Of a stretch of DNA of 64,000 nt, positions 21,195 through 30,944 are shown piece after piece (the first letter of the stretch is position 1; each line of letters opens with the position of its first letter). Origin of the DNA: an uncultured Actinomycetota bacterium (GTDB taxonomy: Bacteria > Actinomycetota > Actinomycetes > DATJPE01); NCBI GenBank assembly GCA_963805505.1, contig CAWDUP010000002.1, positions 700,493 through 764,492 on the forward strand. Reading direction: 5' to 3'. The notes beneath the pieces are model-generated. The model saw nothing but the letters and a program-made list of their open reading frames with translations. It was not told the origin of the DNA and did no database searches. The position numbers and the translations under genes are program-made.

Positions 21195-22565
21195 TCAGGC
21201 AAGCGCCGGCTCCGGCGTGGTGCCGTGGTCTGCGGGGGGCGGGGACAGCTTCGCCCGTGCTGCCGGGCTTGCGGCCGCCAGGATGTCGATGAGGAGCCAG
21301 GCCACGGCGGCAGCCGACACCGACCACACGACGTTCTGCCAGGTGGCGTGGCCACCGAGGATGAAGACGACGATGACGATGACGAGCACGGCGGTGCGAA
21401 GCGCCATCCGGCCTTTGGCTACCACGCGACCCAGCCGCTGCATGGGCTCCCAGCGACCTGCCGTCTCTCCCAGCGCCGAGGTCGCGCGGGACTCGAGGTC
21501 GCGCAACCAGCCTGCTGGCTGGGACGGTCCGGCCAGCCAGGCGAAGAAGGCGGCGACGATGCCGAGCGCGGCGAGGGCCCCCAGCGAGTCCCAGAGATAG
21601 CGCAGCATCGTGTCGTAGAACACGGTAAGTGCGGCACCGAACGTTGTGTCGTTGGTGGCGTCGACGTAGGCCGATCGGGCGATCCCCAGGGCGGCCGCGA
21701 GCAGGATCATCGCGGCCACCACGACGAGCCCGCTGATCAGCAGCATGCGCCGGCGTTGCGGGGCCACCATGATGGCGGCGAGATAGAGCAGGAAGACCAC
21801 GGGCAGCAGCCACCTGGCGATGGGGTCGGTGAACGTCCACACCTGTTGTGCCGCATCCAGCTGCGGTGAGGTGAGCAGGACGATCTCGTGCCCGGTCGCT
21901 GCCGGTGGGTTGACCCGCTCGAAGACGGTGAGGCCGCGATCGATGAGGGCCTGGCGTACGGCTTCGATCACGACTGACAAGTCGAGATAGACGGTGCCGT
22001 CTCGGACCGTCACTGTCCCTGTCGTGTCGCCCTCGAGAGCCTGGACCACACCCTGCTGCACCTGCGTGTTCACCTGGATCCACAGGTTGTCGAAGGCCTG
22101 GCTGGACACGATCTTGAGAACGGTGGACTGCACGAAGCTGGTGATCGCCCCGGTGATGGCGGGCGTCAGGGGCGCTGCCTCCGGTGGCAGGTTCGTCGTG
22201 ACGAAACCCTGGAGGTCGACGCGTGACAGCAGTTCGTCCGTGACCTCGGTCGCTACCGCCTGTTGGATGACTGCAGACTGAGCCAGCGGGCCGACCGTGG
22301 ACAGATAGCGCTGCGAGTCCACGATGGTGCGGCGCCCCCAGAAACCCACCAGGGCCGGGGGTGTGAGGAGGGCAGCGATCACCAGGAGGGCGACCGCCGC
22401 CGTCCAGCGCCAGCGTCGGTGCGCCGTGGGTGGCCGGTCGAGAACGAGGGTGGGCGAATCGTGCCGAAGGTGCTCGTTCTCATCGCGCAGCCGAGCGACC
22501 TCGGCCTCGAGCGCGGCGATGTCCGCAGGGTCGGGATCGGGTGCCTGTGCCTCGATGCCGGTCAT
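21195..22565 (-). CDS. Integral membrane protein with N-terminal coiled coil
   Basis: 456-aa ORF, AALEAEVARLRDENEHL coil, several TM helices. Confidence 0.75.
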   Translation of the reverse strand: MTGIEAQAPDPDPADIAALEAEVARLRDENEHLRHDSPTLVLDRPPTAHRRWRWTAAVALLVIAALLTPPALVGFWGRRTIVDSQRYLSTVGPLAQSAVIQQAVATEVTDELLSRVDLQGFVTTNLPPEAAPLTPAITGAITSFVQSTVLKIVSSQAFDNLWIQVNTQVQQGVVQALEGDTTGTVTVRDGTVYLDLSVVIEAVRQALIDRGLTVFERVNPPAATGHEIVLLTSPQLDAAQQVWTFTDPIARWLLPVVFLLYLAAIMVAPQRRRMLLISGLVVVAAMILLAAALGIARSAYVDATNDTTFGAALTVFYDTMLRYLWDSLGALAALGIVAAFFAWLAGPSQPAGWLRDLESRATSALGETAGRWEPMQRLGRVVAKGRMALRTAVLVIVIVVFILGGHATWQNVVWSVSAAAVAWLLIDILAAASPAARAKLSPPPADHGTTPEPALA

Positions 22566-22638
22566 GGGAGACCTCTCAAGCTGCGGACGACGGGTGCATT
22601 TCCGAGCGAGAGCCTAGGCGTCCGGCGCCAACAACACA

Positions 22639-22669
22639 GCGACTCCCCGGGATTGCCCCGGGGAGTCGC
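22639..22669 (-). terminator. Hairpin/terminator after ino1
   Basis: 13-bp perfect stem GCGACTCCCCGGG/CCCGGGGAGTCGC followed by TGTGTTGTT on the minus strand. Confidence 0.7.
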
Positions 22670-22677
22670 CAGTGGCT

Positions 22678-23748
22678 CTATTCGCCGGCGATGAAGTCCT
22701 CGACGGCTTGGCGCGCCTCGTCGTCGTTGTACTGCACGGGCGGGCTCTTCATGAAGTACGACGCCGGACCGAGCAAGGGTCCCCCGATACCGCGATCGAG
22801 CGCGATCTTGGCGCAGCGGATCGCGTCGATGATGACTCCGGCTGAGTTCGGGGAGTCCCAGACCTCGAGCTTGTACTCCAGGCTGAGCGGTACGTCGCCG
22901 AAGGCGCGGCCCTCGAGGCGGACGAAGGCCCACTTGCGGTCATCGAGCCATGCGACGTAGTCCGACGGACCGATGTGGACGTTGCGGGCGCCGATGTCAC
23001 GGGTGAGCTGGGAAGTGACCGACTGGGTCTTGGAGATCTTCTTGGACTCCAGGCGCTCACGCTCCAGCATGTTCATGAAGTCCATGTTGCCGCCGACGTT
23101 GAGCTGATAGGTGCGGTCAACGGTGACGCCTCGGTCCTCGAAGAGCTTGGCGAGGACGCGGTGGGTGATCGTGGCGCCGACCTGGCTCTTGATGTCGTCT
23201 CCGACGATCGGCACGCCGGCCGCGGTGAACTTGTCGGCCCACGCCTTGGTCCCTGCGATGAAGACCGGCAGGGCGTTCACGAAGCCGACTCCGGCATCGA
23301 TGGCGCACTGGGCGTAGAACTTGGCAGCTTCCTCGGACCCGACCGGCAGGTAGCACACCAAGACGTCAACCCGTGCCTCGCGGAGCGCGGCGACCACGTC
23401 GACCGGTTCGTCGTCGGACTCGGTGATCGTCTCGCGGTAGTACTTCCCGAGGCCGTCGAGGGTGTGGCCGCGCTGGACCGTCACGCCGGTCGGCGGCACC
23501 TCGGCGATCTTGATCGTGTTGTTCTCCGAGGCGCCGATGGCGTCGGACAGGTCGTGACCCACCTTCTTGGCGTCGACATCGAAGGCGGCCACGAACGTGA
23601 CATCACCGACGTGATAGTCGCCGAGCTGGACGTGCATCAGTCCCGGGACCTTGGCAGTGGTGTCGGCGTCCTTGTAGTACTCGACGCCCTGGACGAGCGA
23701 CGCGGCGCAGTTGCCGACGCCGACGATGGCTACTCGAACCTGACCCAT
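22678..23748 (-). CDS. ino1: Myo-inositol-1-phosphate synthase
   Basis: [33 protein letters not shown]. Confidence 0.96.
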   Translation of the reverse strand: MGQVRVAIVGVGNCAASLVQGVEYYKDADTTAKVPGLMHVQLGDYHVGDVTFVAAFDVDAKKVGHDLSDAIGASENNTIKIAEVPPTGVTVQRGHTLDGLGKYYRETITESDDEPVDVVAALREARVDVLVCYLPVGSEEAAKFYAQCAIDAGVGFVNALPVFIAGTKAWADKFTAAGVPIVGDDIKSQVGATITHRVLAKLFEDRGVTVDRTYQLNVGGNMDFMNMLERERLESKKISKTQSVTSQLTRDIGARNVHIGPSDYVAWLDDRKWAFVRLEGRAFGDVPLSLEYKLEVWDSPNSAGVIIDAIRCAKIALDRGIGGPLLGPASYFMKSPPVQYNDDEARQAVEDFIAGE

Positions 23749-23754
23749 GTCCGG

Positions 23755-24366
23755 CTACTCCTTGTTTTGTACGGTGCCGGGAACGGCCCGGTCAGCCTTG
23801 TTCGGGATGGTGGCTTCGTGGTGCTGGCTGGTGCGTTCGTCACTGATCAGCTCGTTGAGCCAGCGCACCTCGCGCTCGACTCCTTCGAGTCCGTGCTTGT
23901 GCAGCTCGAGGGTGTAGCCGTCAAGACGCTCGCGCGTGCGGGACAGCGATGAGCGGACGTTGTCGAGGCGCTCCTCGAGCCGGCTACGCCGACCTTCCAG
24001 GATCCGCAGGCGGACGCTCGCGTCGGTCTGGCTGAAGAACGCGAAATGCACGCCGAAGCTTTCGTCCTCCCAGGCGGCCGGCCCGGAAGTGTCCAGCAGA
24101 TCCTGCAGATGCTCCTTGCCTTCGGCGGTGAGCTTGTAGACGATCTTGGCCCGCCCGCCAGCAGGCGGCGCGCTGTCTGGTGCGTCCTGGGCGATGAGCC
24201 CGCGCGCGAGAAGCTCCTTCAGGCAGGGGTACAGCGACCCGTAGGAGAAGGCGCGGAACGTGCCCAGCATGGTGTTGAGCCGTTTGCGGAGCTCGTAGCC
24301 ATGCATCGGTGACTCGTGGAGCAGCCCGAGAACGGCGAGCTCCAGAACCCCTGCACGCTTGCTCAC
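23755..24366 (-). CDS. PadR-family transcriptional regulator
   Basis: LAVLGLLHESPMHGYELRKRL, SYGSLYP; co-transcribed with ino1. Confidence 0.93.
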   Translation of the reverse strand: MSKRAGVLELAVLGLLHESPMHGYELRKRLNTMLGTFRAFSYGSLYPCLKELLARGLIAQDAPDSAPPAGGRAKIVYKLTAEGKEHLQDLLDTSGPAAWEDESFGVHFAFFSQTDASVRLRILEGRRSRLEERLDNVRSSLSRTRERLDGYTLELHKHGLEGVEREVRWLNELISDERTSQHHEATIPNKADRAVPGTVQNKE

Positions 24367-24396
24367 GCGAGCTCCTCAGTGAGATGGACGTCGTAG

Positions 24397-24419
24397 CGAT
24401 GTATCGCGTCGATACATCG
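24397..24419. promoter_or_regulatory. Palindromic operator upstream of padR-ino1
   Basis: CGATGTATCG-cgt-CGATACATCG perfect inverted repeat 30 nt upstream of the padR start. Confidence 0.7.
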
Positions 24420-24565
24420 GACCCTAGACGACTGCCGGCGCACTTGGCAAACCTCAGCTCGCCGCCCGGCGGGTCGAAAGCCCCGAAATGCCGCGCTGCG
24501 CCCGTTCGGAGGGTTACCCACAGGTTCTTCGCGTGCGTCGGTGGAATCGACGTAGGCTTTTGCGC

Positions 24566-24967
24566 ATGTGGTCCCAGCGGGCCGTCGTCGACTACGCGCT
24601 GCAGAAGCGCTCGACCTTGGCTGCCTTCCGCACCGGGCTGGCCTCGACGACCGACGTGTGCGACCCGGACCCCTACACGCTGCGAGCCGCACGGCATCAC
24701 GGTGAACCAACCCAGCGGTTGTGCCCGTTGTGCCGCAAGGACCCTCTGGTCGAGCTCGGCTACACCTTCGGGGACGAGCTCGGCCCCTACTCCGGCCGGA
24801 TCAAGTCGGTGGCCGAGCAGGCCGTGATGGCTCGCGAGCACGGCGAGTTCCGTGTCTACGTGCTCGAGATCTGCCTGGGTTGTGGGTGGAACCACCTGCA
24901 CCGTTCGTACGTCTTGGGAGATGGGGTGCCCCGCACCCCACCACGGCGCCGTCGGGCCGCGGAGTAG
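24566..24967 (+). CDS. DUF5318-family protein
   Basis: VVDYALQKR, DVCDPDPY, CPLC, VYVLEICLGCGWNHL; conserved position upstream of ponA. Confidence 0.85.
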   Translation: MWSQRAVVDYALQKRSTLAAFRTGLASTTDVCDPDPYTLRAARHHGEPTQRLCPLCRKDPLVELGYTFGDELGPYSGRIKSVAEQAVMAREHGEFRVYVLEICLGCGWNHLHRSYVLGDGVPRTPPRRRRAAE

Positions 24968-25019
24968 CCAGCGCCGGAGGCCGGTTCGCCGGCTTGCCGA
25001 AGCAGTGGGTGTCGTCGGA

Positions 25020-25081
25020 GACACTTGAGGGTTGTGGACACTTGAGTGCTACCGACACTCGAGTCCGTAGGGACACTGGAG
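25020..25081 (+). repeat. Four phased copies of GACACT(T/C/G)GAG upstream of ponA
   Basis: Copies at 25020, 25037, 25054 and 25072 (period 17/17/18). Confidence 0.8.
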
Positions 25082-25085
25082 GACC

Positions 25086-27170
25086 GTGAAGATCGACTAC
25101 CCGCGCTCGCAGCGGAGCGGTGTCCTGCGCTTCTGGCCGTCCTGGCGGCAGTGGCTGGCGATGTTCTGCCTAGGGGTGTTCCTCGCGGTCGGTGCTTTCG
25201 CGGTCGCGTACGCCAAGATCGACGTGCCCGCGCCCAACGAGCAGGCCACAGCCCAGGCCACCAAGATCTATTGGTCTGACGGCAAGACGCTGCTGGCGCA
25301 GATCGGTGAGGCCAACCGCACGTCCGTGCCCCTGGCCGAGGTGCCCGAGCACGTGCAAAAGGCCGTGCTGGCTGCCGAAGACCGCGGGTTCTACGGGCAC
25401 GGGGGATTGTCCCCTCGCGGCATCGCTCGGGCTTTCTGGAACAACCTCCGTGGCGGTGACCAGCAGGGTGGCTCGACGATCACCCAGCAGCTGGCCAAGA
25501 ACTACTACCTGAATCAGGACCAGACCTATACCCGCAAGATCCGCGAGGCCGTGGTGTCGCTCAAGATGGAGCAGACCCTGAGCAAGGATCAGATCCTCGA
25601 GGACTACCTCAACACGATCTATTTCGGGCGCAGCGCCTACGGCATCCAGGCGGCAGCTCAGGCCTACTACGGCAAAGACGTCCAAGAGCTGACAGTGTCC
25701 GAGGGAGCGATGCTGGCCGCCATCTTGCGCAACCCGGGCCTCTACAACCCCGAGGACCACCTCGACAACCTGGAGGGGCGGTGGGCCTACGTCGTCGACG
25801 GCATGGTGTCCGAGGGCTGGCTGACTGCCGACGAGCGCGCCTCCCTGACCTTTCCCATGCCGATCAAGCTCAAGCCCTCGGCGACCTATGCCGGCACTCG
25901 TGGCTATCTCATCGACTCGGTGAAGCGTGACCTGGCCAGCATCGGCTTCGACGAGGAAACGGTGAATACGGCCGGCCTGCGGGTGGTCTCGACCTTCGAC
26001 CGCTCGGCGCAGCGGTCTGCGGTCGCTGCGGTCAAGGGTCAGCGGCCGAGTGAGAAGGACGTCCACGTCGGGCTCGCGACCGTGGATCCCGCGACCGGTG
26101 CAGTCGTCGCGATGTACGGCGGACCGGATTTCCTCAAGCGGCAGTACAACGACGCGACGCAGGCGCGCGCTCAGGCCGGGTCGACCTTCAAGCCCTTTGC
26201 CCTCGCTGCCGGGCTGGAGGACGACATCGGGCTCAACTCGGTGTGGAACGGGGCCAACCGACAGACCTTCAAGAATCCGCCCTGCGCCGACTACACGGTG
26301 AACAACTACGGCGGGGAATCCTTCGGAAAGCTGACCCTGCTGCAGGCGACCGAGAAGTCCGTCAACTCCGTCTACGTCCCGATGTCCATCCAGGCGGGAA
26401 CGAAGACCGTCGCCGAGACGGCCCATCGCATCGGTATCCCGGAAGACGTGCCTATCGATCCCTGTTCCACCGTCAGTCTGGGCACCGCGTCGCCGACGGC
26501 GCTGGAGATGGCCGGTGCCTACGCCACGTTCGCCGGCGGAGGCCTCGTGCACCAGCCCTACACGGTGACCTCGGTGACCTCGGCCAACGGTGGAGTGCTC
26601 TATACGGCAGACACGACTGGCCGCCAGGAGCTGACCGCGGATGTCGTGGCCGACGTCGACTATGCCCTTCAGCAGGTCGTGGCCGTCGGTACTGGTTTCG
26701 CTGCTAGGGCGCTCGGGCGGCCCTCGGCCGGCAAGACGGGCACCACGAATGATGGCCTTTCGGCTTGGTACGTCGGCTATACCCCTCAGCTGTCGACCGC
26801 GGTGGTGCTCTTCCGGCCGAACAAGGCCGGCAACCTCATCTCCCTCGATGGGGTGGGTGGTCTCTCGACGGTCACCGGAGGGTCGTTCCCGGCGCGGATC
26901 TGGACGGACATGATGCGCGGCGCGTTGGCGGATGAGCCGGTGGTCAGATTCCCGCCGCCGGCCTGGATCGGCGGACAACCCGCCCCGTCCTCGTCTCCGA
27001 CGAAGTCGTCGTCGCCGAGCGGGACCCCGAGTCCCAGCGAGACGGCATCCCCGACAGCCAGTCCCTCGACGAGCCCCACCCCCACACCTACTCCCACTCC
27101 AACCCCGACCCCCACCCCGACGACCTCAGGTACGCCCGCCCCCGACGAGGACACCTCACCCGAACCCTGA
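25086..27170 (+). CDS. ponA: Class A penicillin-binding protein (transglycosylase/transpeptidase)
   Basis: AAEDRGFY, GGSTITQQLAKN, STFK (SxxK), SVN, KTG; Pro/Thr-rich tail. Confidence 0.94.
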   Translation: MKIDYPRSQRSGVLRFWPSWRQWLAMFCLGVFLAVGAFAVAYAKIDVPAPNEQATAQATKIYWSDGKTLLAQIGEANRTSVPLAEVPEHVQKAVLAAEDRGFYGHGGLSPRGIARAFWNNLRGGDQQGGSTITQQLAKNYYLNQDQTYTRKIREAVVSLKMEQTLSKDQILEDYLNTIYFGRSAYGIQAAAQAYYGKDVQELTVSEGAMLAAILRNPGLYNPEDHLDNLEGRWAYVVDGMVSEGWLTADERASLTFPMPIKLKPSATYAGTRGYLIDSVKRDLASIGFDEETVNTAGLRVVSTFDRSAQRSAVAAVKGQRPSEKDVHVGLATVDPATGAVVAMYGGPDFLKRQYNDATQARAQAGSTFKPFALAAGLEDDIGLNSVWNGANRQTFKNPPCADYTVNNYGGESFGKLTLLQATEKSVNSVYVPMSIQAGTKTVAETAHRIGIPEDVPIDPCSTVSLGTASPTALEMAGAYATFAGGGLVHQPYTVTSVTSANGGVLYTADTTGRQELTADVVADVDYALQQVVAVGTGFAARALGRPSAGKTGTTNDGLSAWYVGYTPQLSTAVVLFRPNKAGNLISLDGVGGLSTVTGGSFPARIWTDMMRGALADEPVVRFPPPAWIGGQPAPSSSPTKSSSPSGTPSPSETASPTASPSTSPTPTPTPTPTPTPTPTTSGTPAPDEDTSPEP

Positions 27171-27193
27171 CGGCGGCTGACATCATCGGCCCG

Positions 27194-28627
27194 GTGACCT
27201 GGAACCCGGGGCGGCATCTGGTGCTCCCCAGTCGAGACGACTCGGTCGTGGCGCAGGCCAGTGAAGCTGTCGGTGGTCGAGCCGGATCCCGGGTCATCTC
27301 GGCCACCGGGTGGTGGACGCCGGTTCGTGTGGTCCTGGCGATGGTCGCCGTGGCCTGCGCGTTGGGGTTCCTGCAAAAGGTTCCCTGCCGTTCCGGAGAC
27401 TTCGCAGAAAACGTCTACCAGCGCATGTGCTACACCGACATCGCCCCGCTGTACGGCGATCGCGGTTTCGCACAGGGGGCTTGGCCCTACGTCGACACGG
27501 GATCATGGGAACCCTTGGAGTACCCCGTGCTCACCGGCGGGCTCATGACCTTGGCGGCATGGATCACTCGTGCCGTGGACCAGCCCGGCGGTCAACCTGC
27601 CTACGTGACGTTCTTCGACGTGAACGTCGTCCTGCTCAGCGCGTTCGCACTGCTCGCCTGCTGGTTCGTCGCGAACACGCACCGCCGGCGACCGTGGGAC
27701 GCCGCGATGCTGGCTCCGGGCCTGGTTCTCGCCGCGTTCATCAACTGGGACCTCCTCGTCGTGGCCCTGGCGGCCGGTGCCCTATGGGCCTGGGCCCGTG
27801 GCCGGCCGGTGCTCGCGGGTGTGCTCATCGGTCTCGGGGCGGCGGCGAAGCTCTATCCGCTGTTCCTGTTGGGGCCACTGCTTCTCGTCTGCCTCCGCGG
27901 GCGCCGGATGCCGGTGTTCGTCCGGGTCCTGTTCGGAGCGCTGTCGACCTGGCTGATCGTCAACGTCCCGGTCCTGCTGGCTGCCCCGGAGGGGTGGGCG
28001 ACCTTCTACACGTTCAGCCGGGAGCGGCCCGCGTCCTTCGGTTCCCTCTGGTATGCCCTCAGCGACCTGGGGCACGGGATTCCGGCGGACCGCCTCAACC
28101 TGGTGGCAGGTGGGCTGTTCGTCTTGGCCTGCCTGGCGATTGCCTGGCTCGCCCTTGCGGCTCCATACCCCCCGCGACTGGCGCAGCTGACGTTCTTGGT
28201 CGTGGCGGCTTTCCTGCTGACCAACAAGGTCTACTCCCCGCAGTACGCGCTCTGGCTGGTATTCCTCTTCCCCCTGGCCAGACCGAGATGGCGAGACTTT
28301 CTGATCTGGCTGTTCTTCGAGGCGGTCTACTTCGCCGCGATCTGGTGGTATCTGGAAGGGCTGACCAACCCCGACCTGGCCCTACCGACCTGGCCGCACA
28401 CGTGGGCCACGCTGATGCGGATGGCGGCCACGTTGGTCGTGTGCGGGCTGATCACGCGAGACATCTGGTGGCCGGAGCACGATCCGGTCAGAGGAGTCGA
28501 CCCGGACACAGGCGAGGTCCTCACGATCGACCCCGGGAGCCCGTCCGTGCCTGAGCGAGCTGTTCCTTCCCATACCGGACAGCGAACAGCTCCTGCGCCC
28601 GCTCCCGACCGAGGAACTCCGCGCTGA
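27194..28627 (+). CDS. GT87/DUF2029-family membrane glycosyltransferase
   Basis: CYTDI, LEYPVLTG, INWDL, AAKLYP, NKVYSPQY. Confidence 0.88.
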   Translation: MTWNPGRHLVLPSRDDSVVAQASEAVGGRAGSRVISATGWWTPVRVVLAMVAVACALGFLQKVPCRSGDFAENVYQRMCYTDIAPLYGDRGFAQGAWPYVDTGSWEPLEYPVLTGGLMTLAAWITRAVDQPGGQPAYVTFFDVNVVLLSAFALLACWFVANTHRRRPWDAAMLAPGLVLAAFINWDLLVVALAAGALWAWARGRPVLAGVLIGLGAAAKLYPLFLLGPLLLVCLRGRRMPVFVRVLFGALSTWLIVNVPVLLAAPEGWATFYTFSRERPASFGSLWYALSDLGHGIPADRLNLVAGGLFVLACLAIAWLALAAPYPPRLAQLTFLVVAAFLLTNKVYSPQYALWLVFLFPLARPRWRDFLIWLFFEAVYFAAIWWYLEGLTNPDLALPTWPHTWATLMRMAATLVVCGLITRDIWWPEHDPVRGVDPDTGEVLTIDPGSPSVPERAVPSHTGQRTAPAPAPDRGTPR

Positions 28628-28649
28628 TGGAGTTCATCGGGTCTAGGTC

Positions 28650-29726
28650 CTATTCGGCCTCGTCCGGCCAGCCGACGTCGGAGAGATCCACGGCGTCGAA
28701 GGTGCTGGTCGTGAATCTGACCTCACAGGACACCTCGTCGCCGACGGTGACCTCGAGGTCGTCGGGGACGAGCAGCAGGGAGCACTGCATGTGCGGCGGC
28801 TCGGCGAACCAGCGCTGCTTTCCCCCGACGGCGAACGGTGACAGCACCCGCCCGGCGGCCTCGAGGCCACCCAGGGCGGCAACCTTTCCGCGCGCCACCA
28901 TCCCCGACACCGGCTTGGGCGCCTCCAGCCCGACGCCGTGGGCGGTTCCCCCACTGACGACGACCAGCTGGGATCCGCCGGGGGATCGACGCTGCCGGTA
29001 GCCGAATCGGTCACCGCGGCGCATGCGGTGCACGTCGAGCACGGTGCCGGTGACGCGCAGCGAGCCTCGATCCCCCAGCCACAGCCGGGTGCCGACACGG
29101 GGACGTACATCCATGCTTTGGTGAGCGGCTCGCACCGACTCGAGCTCGGCGTCGGCGAGGTGCGACACCCAAAGCCGGTTCACGGCCAGCCCAGCTCCCC
29201 ACAGCCGGGCGATGGTCGCCTCGGTCTCTTCGGCCCGACCCAGTACGGGGGGAGCCAGAGGCAAGTGAACGGCATAACCCTCTACGGCGATGCCGTTGAG
29301 CAGCTCGGACACCTCGCCGAGCCGGTCGTGCTCGATGCCATGGCGTCGCATCGAGCTGGCCACCTCGATCACCACGCGCCGCCGATCACCGCGCTGGGTC
29401 TCGCCGGCCAACGCGGCGAGAGCCTCAACCGTGCTCACGGTCAAGATCACGCGGGCGTCTGCGTCGGGTAGCGGCCCGGTCGCCGGGTGCCAGGGCGTGA
29501 GGACGAGGACGTCGCCGTCGTAGGTCTCCCGCAGCGCAGCGATCTCTGACGACGTGCCCACCGCGGCCGCGGTGCAGCCCAGTCTGGTGACCTCAGCGCC
29601 GAGCCGAGCACCTCCGAAGCCGTAGCCGTTCCCCTTGACCACCGGGACCAGCCCGGGCACGGCTAGCGCCAGCTGGTCGAGGTGGGAGCGCCACCGGGGA
29701 CCGTCGACGTGCAAGGTGAACGTCAT
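28650..29726 (-). CDS. Alanine-racemase-fold PLP protein
   Basis: PVVKGNGYGFG PLP-lysine motif, RPRVGTRLW; start ATG 29726 overlaps the femX stop. Confidence 0.82.
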   Translation of the reverse strand: MTFTLHVDGPRWRSHLDQLALAVPGLVPVVKGNGYGFGGARLGAEVTRLGCTAAAVGTSSEIAALRETYDGDVLVLTPWHPATGPLPDADARVILTVSTVEALAALAGETQRGDRRRVVIEVASSMRRHGIEHDRLGEVSELLNGIAVEGYAVHLPLAPPVLGRAEETEATIARLWGAGLAVNRLWVSHLADAELESVRAAHQSMDVRPRVGTRLWLGDRGSLRVTGTVLDVHRMRRGDRFGYRQRRSPGGSQLVVVSGGTAHGVGLEAPKPVSGMVARGKVAALGGLEAAGRVLSPFAVGGKQRWFAEPPHMQCSLLLVPDDLEVTVGDEVSCEVRFTTSTFDAVDLSDVGWPDEAE

Positions 29727-30844
29727 CGTCGTCCGGTCCGTGCGAGGTAGGCGGTGAAACCCTTGTAGAGCAACGAATTCAACGGGTAGTCCCACTCCCC
29801 TACGTACTCCACGGCGGCACCTCCGGTGCCGAGCTTGAACTGGATGAGACCGAACAGCGGGTCGTCCGGGTCGAGCGTGTCGGAGATACCGCGCAGGTCA
29901 TAGGTCTCGGCGCCGACCGACAGCGCTCCCTCGATCATCGCCCACTGGATGGCATTGCTGGGGCGTACCTCTCGCTTGTGGTCGGCACTCGCGCCGTAGG
30001 AATACCAGACGTGACGTCCGGAGCGGACGGCCGTCGTCGCTGCCAGCACCTCTCCCTCATGGCGGGCCAGGTAGAGGCGGATGCGGTCAGGGTCCTCGGC
30101 CTGCATGGCGTCCCACATCCGCTGCATGTAGGACAAAGCCCGCGGGGTGAACCCGTCTCGTTCGGCGGTCACCGTGTAGACGCGATGGAAGTCGGGCAGG
30201 TCTTCGCGCGAACCGAGGCTCACTTCGACGCCGCTCTTGGCCGCCTTTTTGATGTTGCGCCGCCACAGCTGGTTGAACCCGGCAAGCACCTCGTCGGGGC
30301 TACGCCCGGCGAGGGAGAGCTGGAACACGTAACGCGGCTGGACGTCCCCGAAGCCAGAGCCGGTGTCGGGAGCCTGCCGCCAGCCGCCGGCGCGCAGGGA
30401 CTCGACGAGCTTGGCTCCGTCCGCTGACGTGATGTCGGGTTGCACGGCGCCCAGGCGCTTGGCCGAGCCCTCCGCGATGGCTCTCTTGAGGGTGTCGGCC
30501 GACCAGCGACGGACCTCCACCTGCGGACCGATCTTGATCGCGAACGCCCGGTGGTTCTTCAGGACTTCCGCCAGCGGGGTGAGTACGTCTGCCGAGTCGT
30601 AGGCGCTCCAGTCGAGCACGGGGCCTTCCGGCAGGTAGGCGAGGTATCGGTTGATCCTCGGCACTGCTCGGAGCAGGACCAGCCCGGCGCCGACCAGCTC
30701 GCTTCCGTCGTACCACCCGAGGGAGAGGCTGCCCCACTCCGCTTTCACGCCCGCCCAGGAGGGCAGCTGCAAGAACGACCCCGAGCGCTTCTCGACGAAC
30801 GCCACCTGGGTCTCGGCATCGATGAGACGAACGTCGAGCGGCAT
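29723..30844 (-). CDS. femX: FemAB/FemX-family peptidoglycan peptidyl (glycyl) transferase
   Basis: SFLQLPSWAGVK, LAYLPEGPV, WRRNIKKA, YSYGAS, YDLRGI, FKLGTGG; start ATG 30844. Confidence 0.9.
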   Translation of the reverse strand: MPLDVRLIDAETQVAFVEKRSGSFLQLPSWAGVKAEWGSLSLGWYDGSELVGAGLVLLRAVPRINRYLAYLPEGPVLDWSAYDSADVLTPLAEVLKNHRAFAIKIGPQVEVRRWSADTLKRAIAEGSAKRLGAVQPDITSADGAKLVESLRAGGWRQAPDTGSGFGDVQPRYVFQLSLAGRSPDEVLAGFNQLWRRNIKKAAKSGVEVSLGSREDLPDFHRVYTVTAERDGFTPRALSYMQRMWDAMQAEDPDRIRLYLARHEGEVLAATTAVRSGRHVWYSYGASADHKREVRPSNAIQWAMIEGALSVGAETYDLRGISDTLDPDDPLFGLIQFKLGTGGAAVEYVGEWDYPLNSLLYKGFTAYLARTGRR

Positions 30845-30944
30845 GGCCGCCACCCTAGGCGGCACAGACGGTTGGGCGCGCACGACGTCGGACGGTAGGG
30901 GAGGCAGGCGGGCGGTCGCGCAGGACCGCCACGAGGCCGCCGCG

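Noticed and set aside
25020-25081. Repeat-spacer pattern as a mini-CRISPR
   Set aside because: 10-bp repeats with 7-8 bp spacers are far too short; kept as a possible operator array
25170-26978. 602-aa antisense ORF over ponA (and similar long shadow ORFs, e.g. 14073-15575, 8362-9624, 52026-53417)
   Set aside because: Antisense or alternate-frame shadows of well-supported genes, expected from high-GC codon bias; no recognisable motifs
26990-27165. Pro/Thr/Ser repeat at the ponA 3' end as a DNA repeat element
   Set aside because: Ordinary low-complexity linker tail of actinobacterial class A PBPs
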